A stretch of DNA of 64,000 nucleotides, taken from NCBI RefSeq assembly GCF_003018235.1, contig NZ_CP027437.1; one strand, 5' to 3'. Below the pieces are notes generated by a model that made no database searches, had not been told where the DNA came from, and saw nothing but the letters and a program-made list of their open reading frames with translations. Positions 38,508 through 50,045 of the stretch are shown here, one piece after another. The DNA comes from Escherichia coli. GTDB lineage: Bacteria; Pseudomonadota; Gammaproteobacteria; Enterobacterales; Enterobacteriaceae. The stretch's first letter is position 1. Each line of letters starts with the position of its first letter. The translations under genes were made by a program, and so were the position numbers.

Positions 38508-38526
38508 GTAAAAAAGTTAGAACGGC

Positions 38527-38549
38527 AACGCGTACCCTGGGTACGCGTT
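38527..38549 (+). terminator. Intercistronic hairpin between pyrG and eno (possible partial terminator or processing site)
   Basis: AACGCGTACCC-TGG-GTACGCGTT perfect palindrome followed by GTTTGT, located 20 bp after the pyrG stop. Confidence 0.4.
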
Positions 38550-38579
38550 GTTTGTCTGGAGTTTCAGTTTAACTAGTGA

Positions 38580-39893
<1,314 letters not shown>

Positions 39894-39913
39894 GTCTGAC
39901 TTTATCTGATTTA

Positions 39914-39943
39914 AAAATGCCAGCCTTCGGGCTGGCATTTTTT
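39914..39943. terminator. Bidirectional intrinsic terminator between eno and ygcG
   Basis: AAAATGCCAGCC-TTCG-GGCTGGCATTTTTT: a GC stem with A-tract and T-tract flanks serving both convergent genes. Confidence 0.65.
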
Positions 39944-39952
39944 ATGGTTGAG

Positions 39953-40825
39953 TTACCAGCGACCGGACGCGCCGCCACCGCCAGAAGAACCGCCCCCGCC
40001 GCTAAATCCGCCGCCACTTGAGCCGCCACCGGAACCGCTGTTGTCTGAATGATAACTTCTACCAGATGCTTTTTTCTGAAGTACACATAAACAGGTAAAG
40101 ACCATAATGGTGGTGAAAGTAAAAAAGAAGAAAAATACAGCAATGGAAAAAGTTTTATCGGAGAACAGGAATAAATCTAAAAGATAGATTGCTGAAATAC
40201 AGACACTGCTTTTACATGCGCGACAAAAATTACTGCCTTGATGAAAAAACCAGAAAGGGAAGAACATCACTGCAAATACCCAAAAAATAGCAAAGTAGTA
40301 ATGATCGCTGGAATACGCTGATTCACTTTCTGAAGGATTAGCCGAATATTGGTGTTGTGAAGTGAGTTGGTTATTTAAAGCGATTATAGCTAACTCTAAT
40401 CCCTTAGCTAATTTTTGTTGTTTAAATGCGGGTATCATGTTGCTACGGATGATATCTCCAGCCAGAGCATCGGTTACCTTTTCTTCCAGCCCATAACCTA
40501 CCTGGATGCGGACAGCACGATCCGACAAGGCAACAATGATCAGTATCCCATCATTGCGTTTGGCATCTCCTAAACGCCAATTGTTAAAAACCCTTGTAGC
40601 ATATTGTTCAATTGTCTCGTCTTTGGTTGTGGGAATAATTAATACAGCAATTTGTACTTGGGTATTATTGAAAATAGATTCTAACTTCCGCGTCAGTTCT
40701 TTCTTTTCTTGTGAGTTTAAGCTACTCGTAAGATCCGTAACTTGTTGCTGTAATGATGGGACAATAGTTGGTTGGGCTGCAACAAAGGAACACACGAATG
40801 TAAACATTAGTATGAAATAGCGCAT
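39953..40825 (-). CDS. ygcG: TPM-domain membrane protein with a Gly/Ser-rich C-terminal tail
   Basis: Track ORF of 313 aa; start placed at [11 protein letters not shown]... (about 290 aa) giving a signal peptide; TPM/phosphatase-like domain, TM segments and a [22 protein letters not shown] tail. Confidence 0.8.
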   Translation of the reverse strand: MRYFILMFTFVCSFVAAQPTIVPSLQQQVTDLTSSLNSQEKKELTRKLESIFNNTQVQIAVLIIPTTKDETIEQYATRVFNNWRLGDAKRNDGILIIVALSDRAVRIQVGYGLEEKVTDALAGDIIRSNMIPAFKQQKLAKGLELAIIALNNQLTSQHQYSANPSESESAYSSDHYYFAIFWVFAVMFFPFWFFHQGSNFCRACKSSVCISAIYLLDLFLFSDKTFSIAVFFFFFTFTTIMVFTCLCVLQKKASGRSYHSDNSGSGGGSSGGGFSGGGGSSGGGGASGRW

Positions 40826-41118
40826 TATAAATTTCTCATTAAATCTGGATAAATAAATTGACGGCGGCATCGGTAATTTGAGATTCGTTATCATTAAAAA
40901 CGAACACAGAAAAAATAAATATAAATTTGGTGAATGTTTTTGACATGATTAAATCCCTTTACTTTATTTATTTCTGACATAATACGTTACTCCCTTTTAT
41001 TATTAACGATCTGTTTCTCATTTTTCTTTAAACCTGCCTGTAACAGAATGTTAATAAGACATGATTGTTGTGGCAGGATCTGCAATAATTAACAATTATC
41101 CACTTCACAGAGAATGCT

Positions 41119-41790
41119 ATGCAGTACCCGATTAACGAGATGTTCCAGACCCTGCAAGGTGAGGGTTACTTTACCGGCGTCCCCGCTATTTTTATTCGTT
41201 TACAGGGATGCCCGGTCGGCTGTGCCTGGTGCGACACCAAACACACATGGGAAAAGCTTGAGGATCGGGAAGTTTCCCTTTTCAGCATTCTGGGTAAAAC
41301 GAAAGAGAGTGATAAGTGGGGAGCAGCAAGCAGTGAAGACTTACTCGCAGTCATCGGTCGTCAGGGATACACCGCGCGTCACGTGGTGATTACGGGTGGT
41401 GAGCCTTGCATTCATGATTTGCTACCACTGACTGATCTGCTCGAAAAGAACGGTTTTAGCTGCCAGATCGAAACCAGTGGTACTCATGAGGTACGCTGCA
41501 CACCGAATACCTGGGTTACCGTATCACCAAAGCTGAACATGCGCGGCGGCTATGAAGTGTTGTCACAGGCACTGGAGCGAGCCAACGAAATCAAGCATCC
41601 AGTGGGACGCGTACGTGATATTGAAGCACTGGATGAACTTTTGGCGACGCTGACCGATGATAAACCGCGAGTCATTGCACTGCAGCCGATTAGCCAAAAG
41701 GATGATGCCACACGATTGTGCATTGAAACCTGCATTGCGCGTAATTGGCGTTTGTCGATGCAAACACATAAATATCTAAATATTGCCTGA
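41119..41790 (+). CDS. queE: 7-carboxy-7-deazaguanine synthase (radical SAM)
   Basis: 223-aa ORF with a CxxxCxxC-type cluster (CPVGCAWC). Confidence 0.92.
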   Translation: MQYPINEMFQTLQGEGYFTGVPAIFIRLQGCPVGCAWCDTKHTWEKLEDREVSLFSILGKTKESDKWGAASSEDLLAVIGRQGYTARHVVITGGEPCIHDLLPLTDLLEKNGFSCQIETSGTHEVRCTPNTWVTVSPKLNMRGGYEVLSQALERANEIKHPVGRVRDIEALDELLATLTDDKPRVIALQPISQKDDATRLCIETCIARNWRLSMQTHKYLNIA

Positions 41791-42129
41791 TTAAACATTT
41801 ATAAGCGTTATAAATGGGTGGAACCTGTAAAGATTTCTACTCATTTATATTGTTTGTCGCCTCTGAAAACTCCTCCATTTTACCCATCCAGGGCTAATCA
41901 TTAGCATTCTCTACAAATTCTGCGGCATTAATTTTTCGCTGGAGTGAAAATTATTGCGGTAAAGTTTGGTAGATTTTAGTCGGTATAGGATTACTTTAAA
42001 TATTTAGCTTTTCAATCAATGAATTAAGTGCTCTTTAACATAATGGATGTGTTGTTTGTGTGATACTGTAAAGTTGGTAGATTGTGACTGGCTTAAAAAA
42101 TCATTAATTAATAATAGGTTATGTTTAGA
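41791..42129 (+). promoter_or_regulatory. AT-rich CRISPR leader
   Basis: About 340 bp of very AT-rich non-coding DNA ending ...TAATAGGTTATGTTTAGA immediately before the first repeat, the arrangement typical of type I-E leaders. Confidence 0.6.
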
Positions 42130-42438
42130 GAGTTCCCCGCGCGAGCGGGGATAAACCGGCCGTCGCCGGATCAGCCTGGCTATGCCAGCAGAGTTCCCCG
42201 CGCCAGCGGGGATAAACCGGACGAACAAAATAAAAACCAACTGAATGATGCGAGTTCCCCGCGCCAGCGGGGATAAACCGCGAACCCTTGAACCGATAAG
42301 GGCGCTGTTTTGGAGTTCCCCGCGCCAGCGGGGATAAACCGGATAGGTGTTACACATATGACCTGGCACTGGCGAGTTTCCCGCGCCAGCGGGGATAACC
42401 ATTCAGGTATGTTCAGGCCGGGCAGTTTCCCGCCCGGC
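42130..42438 (+). CRISPR. Orphan CRISPR array with type I-E 29-bp repeats (5 repeats, 4 x 32-bp spacers, plus a degenerate terminal unit)
   Basis: Repeats GAGTTCCCCGCGCCAGCGGGGATAAACCG at 42130-42158 (one C-to-G change), 42191-42219, 42252-42280, 42313-42341, and a degenerate 42374-42401; spacers at 42159-42190, 42220-42251, 42281-42312, 42342-42373. A further partial repeat-like GTTTCCCGCCCGGCC lies at 42425-42439 within a GC hairpin. No cas gene occurs in the window. Confidence 0.9.
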
Positions 42439-42447
42439 CTTCCTCAC

Positions 42448-43925
42448 TTACGCATTCGACCAGCTCTGGATCGAATCCGCATTCCCCAATTCCCCATGCA
42501 TCACTTCATACGATTTTTTCAGGATTACATCAGTATGTTTGGTTAACTCCTTGAAAATGCTTTTATTCATCGCGTCGTAGCGTTTGGCACTGTTCTCAAC
42601 AGGCATAAAGATATCTTTCACGCGAACCATTTTGTCGACAGCCGTTGCGTAATCCGGGTATAGCCCCAGACCTACCGCCGTATTAATCGCTGCCCCCAGA
42701 CTTGCACAACCATTAATGGCGTTACGGCGTGCCGGAAGGTTGAACACGTCGGCAAAAATCTGCATAAACAGATCGCTGTTCGAACCGCCGCCAGTAATGA
42801 TCACATGCTTTGCAAAGTGATTCATTTCATTACACATATTGTCGTAATTGTTCTTCAGCGTCAGGCCACGCTTTCCAGTATCGAACGATATATCCATGCG
42901 TAATCCATGCTGGAATCAAAGCCAATCATAATCCCGCGTTTGTACGGTTCCCACGGATTGGTCAGCCAGTCCAGCACCGTCATCAGACCATTACAGCCTG
43001 GCGGCACACAAGACGCTTTTTTGTTGAGCAAATCTTCCGGTGAAAGATCCTGTGCTTTGGCATCCTGAATTAACGACTCGCCTAACATGTCGCGTAGCCA
43101 GCTCACCGTCCACATGCCTTTGCGAATACCGTAACCTTCATACAGCAAGGTTTGCGGAATAGAAGACATAATCGGCCAGTACGCTACCGGATCTTTCGGT
43201 AGTAATTTGCCGTTCATCATCAACGCGATGTAAGTGCCAAGAGAAATTACCGCAGTTTCATCATCCAGTAACCCGGCTCCCAGTGCTTCTACCGGTTTAT
43301 CACTGGTGGTACAAACAACCGGCAGCCCAGCCGGGAAATGTGTCGCCAGCGCGGCTTGAGGAGTGATATGCCCAAGAACAGTGCCCGGCATTTGCACATC
43401 AAACAGCATATGACGGGGGATATTAAACTTCTCCATGACTGCGGCATCTTCACTCCATGCCCAGGTCTTATAATCCACCGGCCACTGACCAAAATAGTTG
43501 GCGATATTGTCTTTAAACTCGCCGGTTAAGCGATGCGTCAGATAACCTGAAAAAGAGGTGACATATGCCACGTCAGGATTCGTATGTTCGTAAGGGCGTG
43601 TAACGCGTGCATCCTGCCAGCTAATCAACGGCGCAGCTGGCGTGCCATCGGCTTTCAATAACGCACGGCAGCAACGGATGGATCCCAGACCAATACCGAC
43701 AATATCTTCTTTATTCCCGGCAAACTGACTCATCAAATCGTGACCGGCAAAACATAATGATGCCCATAAATCGTCGTCAGGATGTTCTGCGGTATCGGCA
43801 TCTGGCGTGTGCATCGGCTGCAATAAGCCTTTGCCTTCGCAAACCACATTACCTTCCAGATCATACATCACCACTTTTGTGCTCTGACTTCCGCCATCAA
43901 TCCCTATGATGTATTTTTTCGACAT
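42448..43925 (-). pseudogene. ygcE: FGGY-family sugar kinase split by an apparent frameshift
   Basis: N-terminal 354 codons (42861..43925) and C-terminal 149-codon ORF (42448..42897) are in different frames. The N-frame ends ...AWIYRSILESVA-stop and the other frame continues ...LTLKNNYDNMCNE...ITGGGSNSDLF, both matching conserved FGGY kinase regions, so the switch lies near 42861-42867 (GGCC run). Confidence 0.7.
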
Positions 43926-43951
43926 GATTTTTCTCCTGTAATTTTCTGGAC

Positions 43952-45229
43952 TTACTTGCTGCTAGCCATAGCAGGGGCGCTATCAGCAGTACGAATTTTT
44001 TGGAACAGCAAAAAGGTAAAGACGATCACCATGGCAAGCGCCGCCATGCCCATCAGCCACATATTGCGGTAGGCTTCTGCAGCGGGCAGGGTGTCTTGCC
44101 AGTAGCCGATAATCGGGTAAACGAAGACATCCGGCAGGAATCCAATCACCGAACAAATACCTACCGTGGTGCCCATAATGTAAGACGGTGTTCTCGCTTC
44201 GCCAGGGCAGGCCCAGTACAGCCCGCGTGAGGCGTAACAGGTGAATCCCAGCAGTAAAATCAGGCCAATCCCCATCGCGACCGATTGCGGGTTAGAGTTC
44301 GTGACGAGCAGGGCAGTTAACGCCAGCAAGCCGAGTACGGAAAGGATTTGGATCACGCGGGTAGGGGATTTCACTTTGCTGTAAGTGGTGATAATGCCGC
44401 CAAGCGGACCGCACAGTGCGCGGAAGATTTTGTTGATCACAATCCCCATGTAGCTCGCCGCCACCAGCGACATACCGTACATTTCGGTCAGATAGTTGGT
44501 GGAGTAACTCAGAATGGCGTAGATGGTGAAGACACCAAAAATCACCATGCTGCAATACCAGGTGGTGCTGATGCGCAAAACGGCCAGGATGTCGCTAAGC
44601 TGGAATGACTGTTTTTCTTCGTTATTGGTATTGCGTAGGTTGTTGTTATCGCTAACAAAAAACCAACACAAAATGCCCAGCAGAATGTAAACCACACTAT
44701 AGATAATAATGACCGTTTTCAGGCTGGCGCTGTCATCCGGTGCAAAGCGAGAAAAGACCCACATGGTAAACACCGCCAGCGACATTACACCGACGCCGCG
44801 CAGCCCTTCCATCCAGCCCATAATTTTCCCTTGCTCGCTATGATCGCCCAGCAACGATGCGGCTTTAATCGACACCGACCACAGCATTAAAATCGTCGTT
44901 ATCGCAAAGGCGACCTGAATACAGAGCATTACCCACAGCGGTGGATATGTTGCCATTAACAGACCCAGTAATCCGGTAATGATCATCGCGGAAGTAATCA
45001 TTTTGCGGTGTGAAAATTTATCGGCAATAACGCCGCTGGGGGCATAAAGAATAATAGCCGCAATACCAAAGGTACTCATTATTAAACCTATCTCGGTATT
45101 GCTGAATCCCATAAATTTCGCCATGGGAATTTGATAAATATAACGTAAATAAGCCAGGTCGAAACTAACGCCGCCGCTAAAACTAATTATCGCGAGGGTT
45201 ATCCAACGGCGATATGAGTTGTGTTGCAT
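43952..45229 (-). CDS. yqcE: MFS transporter
   Basis: 425-aa polytopic membrane ORF in the same orientation as ygcE. Confidence 0.85.
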   Translation of the reverse strand: MQHNSYRRWITLAIISFSGGVSFDLAYLRYIYQIPMAKFMGFSNTEIGLIMSTFGIAAIILYAPSGVIADKFSHRKMITSAMIITGLLGLLMATYPPLWVMLCIQVAFAITTILMLWSVSIKAASLLGDHSEQGKIMGWMEGLRGVGVMSLAVFTMWVFSRFAPDDSASLKTVIIIYSVVYILLGILCWFFVSDNNNLRNTNNEEKQSFQLSDILAVLRISTTWYCSMVIFGVFTIYAILSYSTNYLTEMYGMSLVAASYMGIVINKIFRALCGPLGGIITTYSKVKSPTRVIQILSVLGLLALTALLVTNSNPQSVAMGIGLILLLGFTCYASRGLYWACPGEARTPSYIMGTTVGICSVIGFLPDVFVYPIIGYWQDTLPAAEAYRNMWLMGMAALAMVIVFTFLLFQKIRTADSAPAMASSK

Positions 45230-45547
45230 ATCGTATTCCCATTTGTAATAGACAAAAAAAAGAGAAAAGTAAGCCGCCCTTTCAGGTGGATTACTTTTCT
45301 CAGGTCTCTAGTAATTGCAATAAGAAATAACATGGAAAGTAGTGGTGTTGTGTGAGAGTAATCACGCTTCTGCTTTTTAAAATTATTTGACAATTCGAAT
45401 ATCACACTGTGATTACGATCACATTAGCGATTATGCCCTTATGATAAAAATTATCTCCAGTTACCAGAGATAATGAGAAAGGTAACTTCCCTCTCGCGGG
45501 GGAAGTTACCTTTCTTTTTTTTTGCCTTACGGAAATTGGAGCTAACT

Positions 45548-46333
45548 ATGTCAATCGAATCTCTCAATGCGTTCTCAATGGATTTTTTCTCCCTGAAAGG
45601 TAAAACCGCAATTGTTACCGGCGGGAATAGCGGTTTAGGCCAGGCATTTGCCATGGCGCTGGCCAAAGCAGGCGCAAATATCTTTATTCCAAGCTTCGTT
45701 AAAGATAACGGTGAAACAAAGGAAATGATTGAAAAACAGGGTGTTGAGGTGGACTTCATGCAGGTGGATATCACCGCAGAAGGCGCGCCGCAGAAGATAA
45801 TCGCCGCCTGTTGCGAACGTTTCGGTACCGTCGATATTCTGATTAACAATGCCGGTATTTGTAAGCTGAATAAGGTGCTGGACTTCGGTCGTGCCGACTG
45901 GGACCCGATGATTGATGTGAACCTGACCGCCGCATTCGAGTTAAGCTATGAAGCTGCAAAAATTATGATCCCGCAGAAAAGCGGTAAAATCATTAATATC
46001 TGTTCATTATTCTCTTACTTAGGTGGACAATGGTCACCTGCATATTCTGCCACTAAACATGCTCTTGCCGGGTTCACCAAAGCTTATTGTGATGAACTAG
46101 GTCAATATAATATTCAGGTAAATGGTATTGCTCCGGGATATTACGCTACCGATATCACTCTGGCGACCCGTAGTAATCCAGAAACTAACCAGCGCGTTCT
46201 TGATCATATTCCGGCAAACCGTTGGGGCGATACTCAGGATTTAATGGGCGCAGCCGTATTCCTCGCAAGTCCGGCATCGAATTATGTCAACGGACATTTA
46301 TTAGTGGTTGATGGCGGTTATTTAGTGCGCTAA
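45548..46333 (+). CDS. ygcW: Short-chain dehydrogenase/reductase (SDR)
   Basis: Start placed at MSIESLN... (261 aa); Rossmann motif TGGNSGLG and catalytic YxxxK (YSATK). Confidence 0.85.
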   Translation: MSIESLNAFSMDFFSLKGKTAIVTGGNSGLGQAFAMALAKAGANIFIPSFVKDNGETKEMIEKQGVEVDFMQVDITAEGAPQKIIAACCERFGTVDILINNAGICKLNKVLDFGRADWDPMIDVNLTAAFELSYEAAKIMIPQKSGKIINICSLFSYLGGQWSPAYSATKHALAGFTKAYCDELGQYNIQVNGIAPGYYATDITLATRSNPETNQRVLDHIPANRWGDTQDLMGAAVFLASPASNYVNGHLLVVDGGYLVR

Positions 46334-46402
46334 TCCATAACGGTGGTTTCTGTTTTCTCTTATTAATGATTATTCCATTTTTATTATCAGGAAGGAATTA
46401 CT

Positions 46403-47857
46403 ATGTCTTTATCTCGCGCAGCGATTGTCGACCAGCTAAAGGAAATTGTTGGTGCAGATCGCGTAATTACCGATGAAACAGTATTAAAGAAGAACAGTAT
46501 TGACCGTTTTCGCAAATTTCCGGATATTCATGGCATTTATACTTTGCCGATTCCGGCAGCGGTCGTAAAACTCGGTTCCACAGAACAAGTATCCCGTGTG
46601 CTGAATTTTATGAATGCGCACAAAATTAACGGTGTGCCGCGTACCGGTGCTTCCGCTACCGAAGGTGGGCTGGAAACCGTTGTGGAAAACTCGGTGGTGC
46701 TCGACGGCTCTGCCATGAATCAAATCATTAATATTGATATTGAGAATATGCAGGCCACGGCGCAATGCGGAGTTCCGCTGGAAGTGCTGGAAAACGCGTT
46801 GCGTGAAAAAGGTTACACCACGGGGCATTCTCCGCAGTCAAAGCCGCTGGCGCAGATGGGCGGCCTGGTAGCAACCCGCAGTATCGGGCAGTTCTCCACA
46901 CTCTACGGCGCAATCGAAGATATGGTCGTTGGTCTGGAAGCAGTATTGGCTGATGGCACCGTAACACGCATTAAAAACGTACCACGCCGCGCGGCAGGCC
47001 CGGACATTCGTCACATCATCATCGGCAACGAAGGTGCATTGTGCTATATCACTGAAGTAACTGTGAAAATCTTTAAGTTCACCCCGGAAAACAACCTCTT
47101 CTACGGCTATATCCTGGAAGACATGAAAACCGGCTTCAACATCCTGCGTGAAATCATGGTGGAAGGGTATCGTCCGTCGATCGCTCGTTTGTATGACGCT
47201 GAAGATGGCACCCAACACTTCACCCATTTTGCTGACGGAAAATGCGTGCTGATCTTTATGGCTGAAGGTAACCCTCGCATTGCGAAGGCGACGGGCGAAG
47301 GGATTGCTGAAATCGTGGCACGTTACCCGCAATGCCAGCGAGTGGACAGCAAGCTGATCGAAACCTGGTTTAACAACCTGAACTGGGGACCGGATAAAGT
47401 GGCCGCTGAACGTGTGCAGATCCTCAAAACCGGCAACATGGGCTTTACCACCGAAGTGTCCGGCTGCTGGAGCTGCATCCACGAAATCTACGAAAGCGTT
47501 ATTAACCGTATTCGTACCGAGTTCCCGCACGCCGACGACATCACCATGCTGGGCGGTCACTCCTCTCACAGCTACCAGAACGGCACCAACATGTACTTCG
47601 TTTACGACTACAACGTTGTTGACTGTAAGCCGGAAGAGGAAATCGACAAGTACCACAATCCGCTCAACAAAATCATCTGCGAAGAAACCATTCGCCTCGG
47701 CGGTTCGATGGTGCACCACCACGGTATTGGTAAACATCGCGTTCACTGGAGCAAACTGGAACACGGCAGCGCGTGGACGTTGCTGGAAGGTCTGAAAAAA
47801 CAGTTCGATCCTAACGGCATTATGAATACGGGTACTATCTATCCGATTGAAAAATAA
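46403..47857 (+). CDS. ygcU: FAD-linked oxidase (FAD-binding PCMH-type domain)
   Basis: 484-aa ORF resembling glycolate oxidase GlcD / alkyl-DHAP synthase-type flavoproteins. Confidence 0.88.
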   Translation: MSLSRAAIVDQLKEIVGADRVITDETVLKKNSIDRFRKFPDIHGIYTLPIPAAVVKLGSTEQVSRVLNFMNAHKINGVPRTGASATEGGLETVVENSVVLDGSAMNQIINIDIENMQATAQCGVPLEVLENALREKGYTTGHSPQSKPLAQMGGLVATRSIGQFSTLYGAIEDMVVGLEAVLADGTVTRIKNVPRRAAGPDIRHIIIGNEGALCYITEVTVKIFKFTPENNLFYGYILEDMKTGFNILREIMVEGYRPSIARLYDAEDGTQHFTHFADGKCVLIFMAEGNPRIAKATGEGIAEIVARYPQCQRVDSKLIETWFNNLNWGPDKVAAERVQILKTGNMGFTTEVSGCWSCIHEIYESVINRIRTEFPHADDITMLGGHSSHSYQNGTNMYFVYDYNVVDCKPEEEIDKYHNPLNKIICEETIRLGGSMVHHHGIGKHRVHWSKLEHGSAWTLLEGLKKQFDPNGIMNTGTIYPIEK

Positions 47858-47950
47858 TGTGTGAGGCAGCGTTCCGCTATGACGGGGCGTTGCCTTTTCG
47901 GCTTCTCAGGCGAGAAGCCGTTCTTATTACCGGACAATGAAGGGGTAAAG

Positions 47951-49288
47951 ATGAACACTTCACCGGTGCGAATGGATGATTTACCGCTTAACCGTTTTCA
48001 CTGTCGAATTGCTGCGCTCACTTTCGGCGCGCACCTGACCGACGGTTATGTTCTCGGCGTCATTGGTTACGCCATTATTCAGCTTACGCCCGCCATGCAA
48101 CTGACGCCGTTAATGGCGGGAATGATTGGCGGCTCGGCGCTCCTTGGTTTGTTTCTTGGCAGCCTGGTTCTTGGATGGATCTCCGACCATATTGGTCGGC
48201 AAAAAATCTTCACCTTCAGCTTTTTGCTGATTACGCTCGCTTCGTTTTTACAATATTTTGCCACCACGCCAGAGCATCTTATAGGACTACGCATTTTGAT
48301 TGGCATTGGTCTGGGAGGCGATTACTCAGTAGGTCACACTTTGCTGGCTGAATTTTCTCCGCGCCGCCATCGCGGTGTTTTGCTGGGCGCGTTCAGCGTG
48401 GTGTGGACCGTAGGCTATGTGTTAGCAAGTATTGCCGGACATCACTTTATTAGCGAAAGCCCGGAGGCCTGGCGCTGGCTGCTGGCATCGGCAGCTCTGC
48501 CCGCGTTGTTGATTACGTTATTACGCTGGGGAACGCCAGAATCGCCACGCTGGCTACTGCGCCAGGGGCGTTTTGCAGAAGCTCACGCTATCGTGCATCG
48601 CTATTTTGGTCCCCATGTTTTACTGGGCGATGAAGTGGCAACGGCGACCCATAAACACATCAAAACCTTGTTCTCTTCGCGCTACTGGCGGCGCACAGCG
48701 TTTAACAGCGTCTTCTTTGTCTGCCTCGTAATCCCATGGTTTGTGATTTATACCTGGCTGCCAACTATCGCCCAGACTATTGGACTGGAAGATGCGCTGA
48801 CTGCCAGCCTGATGCTTAATGCGTTGTTAATTGTGGGCGCGCTGTTGGGATTAGTTCTGACGCACCTGCTGGCACATCGCAAATTTTTGCTGGGAAGTTT
48901 TTTGCTGCTGGCGGCAACGCTGGTCGTGATGGCCTGTTTGCCTTCCGGCAGTTCATTAACGCTGCTGCTTTTTGTTCTCTTCAGCACCACCATTTCGGCA
49001 GTCAGTAATCTGGTGGGCATTTTGCCTGCGGAAAGTTTTCCTACTGACATTCGCTCGCTGGGCGTCGGTTTTGCCACCGCCATGAGTCGACTTGGCGCGG
49101 CGGTAAGTACTGGCCTGCTGCCGTGGGTGCTGGCGCAGTGGGGAATGCAAGTCACCTTATTGCTCCTGGCGGCAGTGTTGTTGGTTGGTTTTGTTGTGAC
49201 CTGGCTATGGGCACCAGAAACCAAAGCACTCCCGCTGGTGGCGGCGGGAAATGTAGGAGGTGCGAATGAACATTCTGTTAGCGTTTAA
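47951..49288 (+). CDS. ygcS: MFS transporter (sugar porter-like)
   Basis: Start placed at MNTSPVRMDD... (445 aa); 12-TM profile. Confidence 0.85.
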   Translation: MNTSPVRMDDLPLNRFHCRIAALTFGAHLTDGYVLGVIGYAIIQLTPAMQLTPLMAGMIGGSALLGLFLGSLVLGWISDHIGRQKIFTFSFLLITLASFLQYFATTPEHLIGLRILIGIGLGGDYSVGHTLLAEFSPRRHRGVLLGAFSVVWTVGYVLASIAGHHFISESPEAWRWLLASAALPALLITLLRWGTPESPRWLLRQGRFAEAHAIVHRYFGPHVLLGDEVATATHKHIKTLFSSRYWRRTAFNSVFFVCLVIPWFVIYTWLPTIAQTIGLEDALTASLMLNALLIVGALLGLVLTHLLAHRKFLLGSFLLLAATLVVMACLPSGSSLTLLLFVLFSTTISAVSNLVGILPAESFPTDIRSLGVGFATAMSRLGAAVSTGLLPWVLAQWGMQVTLLLLAAVLLVGFVVTWLWAPETKALPLVAAGNVGGANEHSVSV

Positions 49289-50045
49289 AGCCGAACCGGA
49301 TGCCGGAATGCTGGCGGAAAAAGAGTGGCAGGCGGCGGCTCAGGGTAATAGCGGACCGGATGTTTCGCTACTGCGAAGTTTACTCGGTGCTGATGAACAG
49401 GCTGCCGCCGCGCTGCTGTTGGCGCAGAGAAAAAACGGTACGTCGATGTCTTTAACCGCGTTGAGCATGGGGGATGAACGGGCGTTGCACTGGCTGCGCT
49501 ATCTCATGGCTCTTGGGTTTGAGGAAGCTGTATTGCTGGAGACGGCGGCAGATCTGCGCTTTGCGCCGGAATTTGTCGCTCGCCATATTGCCGAATGGCA
49601 GCGTCAGAATCCGCTGGATCTGATAATTACCGGCTGCCAAAGCAGCGAAGGGCAGAATGGGCAAACGCCATTTTTGCTGGCGGAAATGCTGGGCTGGCCC
49701 TGCTTCACCCAGGTGGAGCGTTTCACTCTCGACGCGCCGTTTATCACCCTCGAACAGCGTACTGAACATGGGCTGCGCTGTTGCCGGGTTCGCTTGCCTG
49801 CGGTGATTGCCGTGCGTCAGTGCGGTGAAGTGGCCTTGCCAGTACCGGGAATGCGTCAGCGAATGGCGGCGGGGAAAGCAGAAATTATCCGTAAAACTGT
49901 TGCTGCCGAATCGCCAGCGATGCTGTGTCTGCAACTGGCAAGAGCAGAGCAACGACGCGGAGCGACGCTGATTGATGGGCAAACGGTAGCAGAAAAAGCG
50001 CAAAAGCTATGGCAGGACTATTTACGCCAAAGGATGCAGCCATGA
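49266..50045 (+). CDS. ygcR: Electron transfer flavoprotein beta-subunit-like (FixA-like)
   Basis: About 259 aa; ETF beta-like sequence; the 3' end overlaps the ygcQ start. Confidence 0.85.
   Translation: MNILLAFKAEPDAGMLAEKEWQAAAQGNSGPDVSLLRSLLGADEQAAAALLLAQRKNGTSMSLTALSMGDERALHWLRYLMALGFEEAVLLETAADLRFAPEFVARHIAEWQRQNPLDLIITGCQSSEGQNGQTPFLLAEMLGWPCFTQVERFTLDAPFITLEQRTEHGLRCCRVRLPAVIAVRQCGEVALPVPGMRQRMAAGKAEIIRKTVAAESPAMLCLQLARAEQRRGATLIDGQTVAEKAQKLWQDYLRQRMQP

Noticed and set aside
42415-42438. GC hairpin at the distal end of the CRISPR array read as a rho-independent terminator
   Set aside because: No U-tract follows on either strand; the sequence is better explained as a decayed terminal repeat, although a structural role cannot be excluded.
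42895-42910. Possible 11-bp tandem duplication (ATCCATGCGTA / ATCCATGCTGG) as the cause of the ygcE frameshift
   Set aside because: Both reading frames are open across this site. Alignment of conserved FGGY motifs places the actual frame switch at the stop codon near 42861-42867, so the apparent repeat is coincidental.
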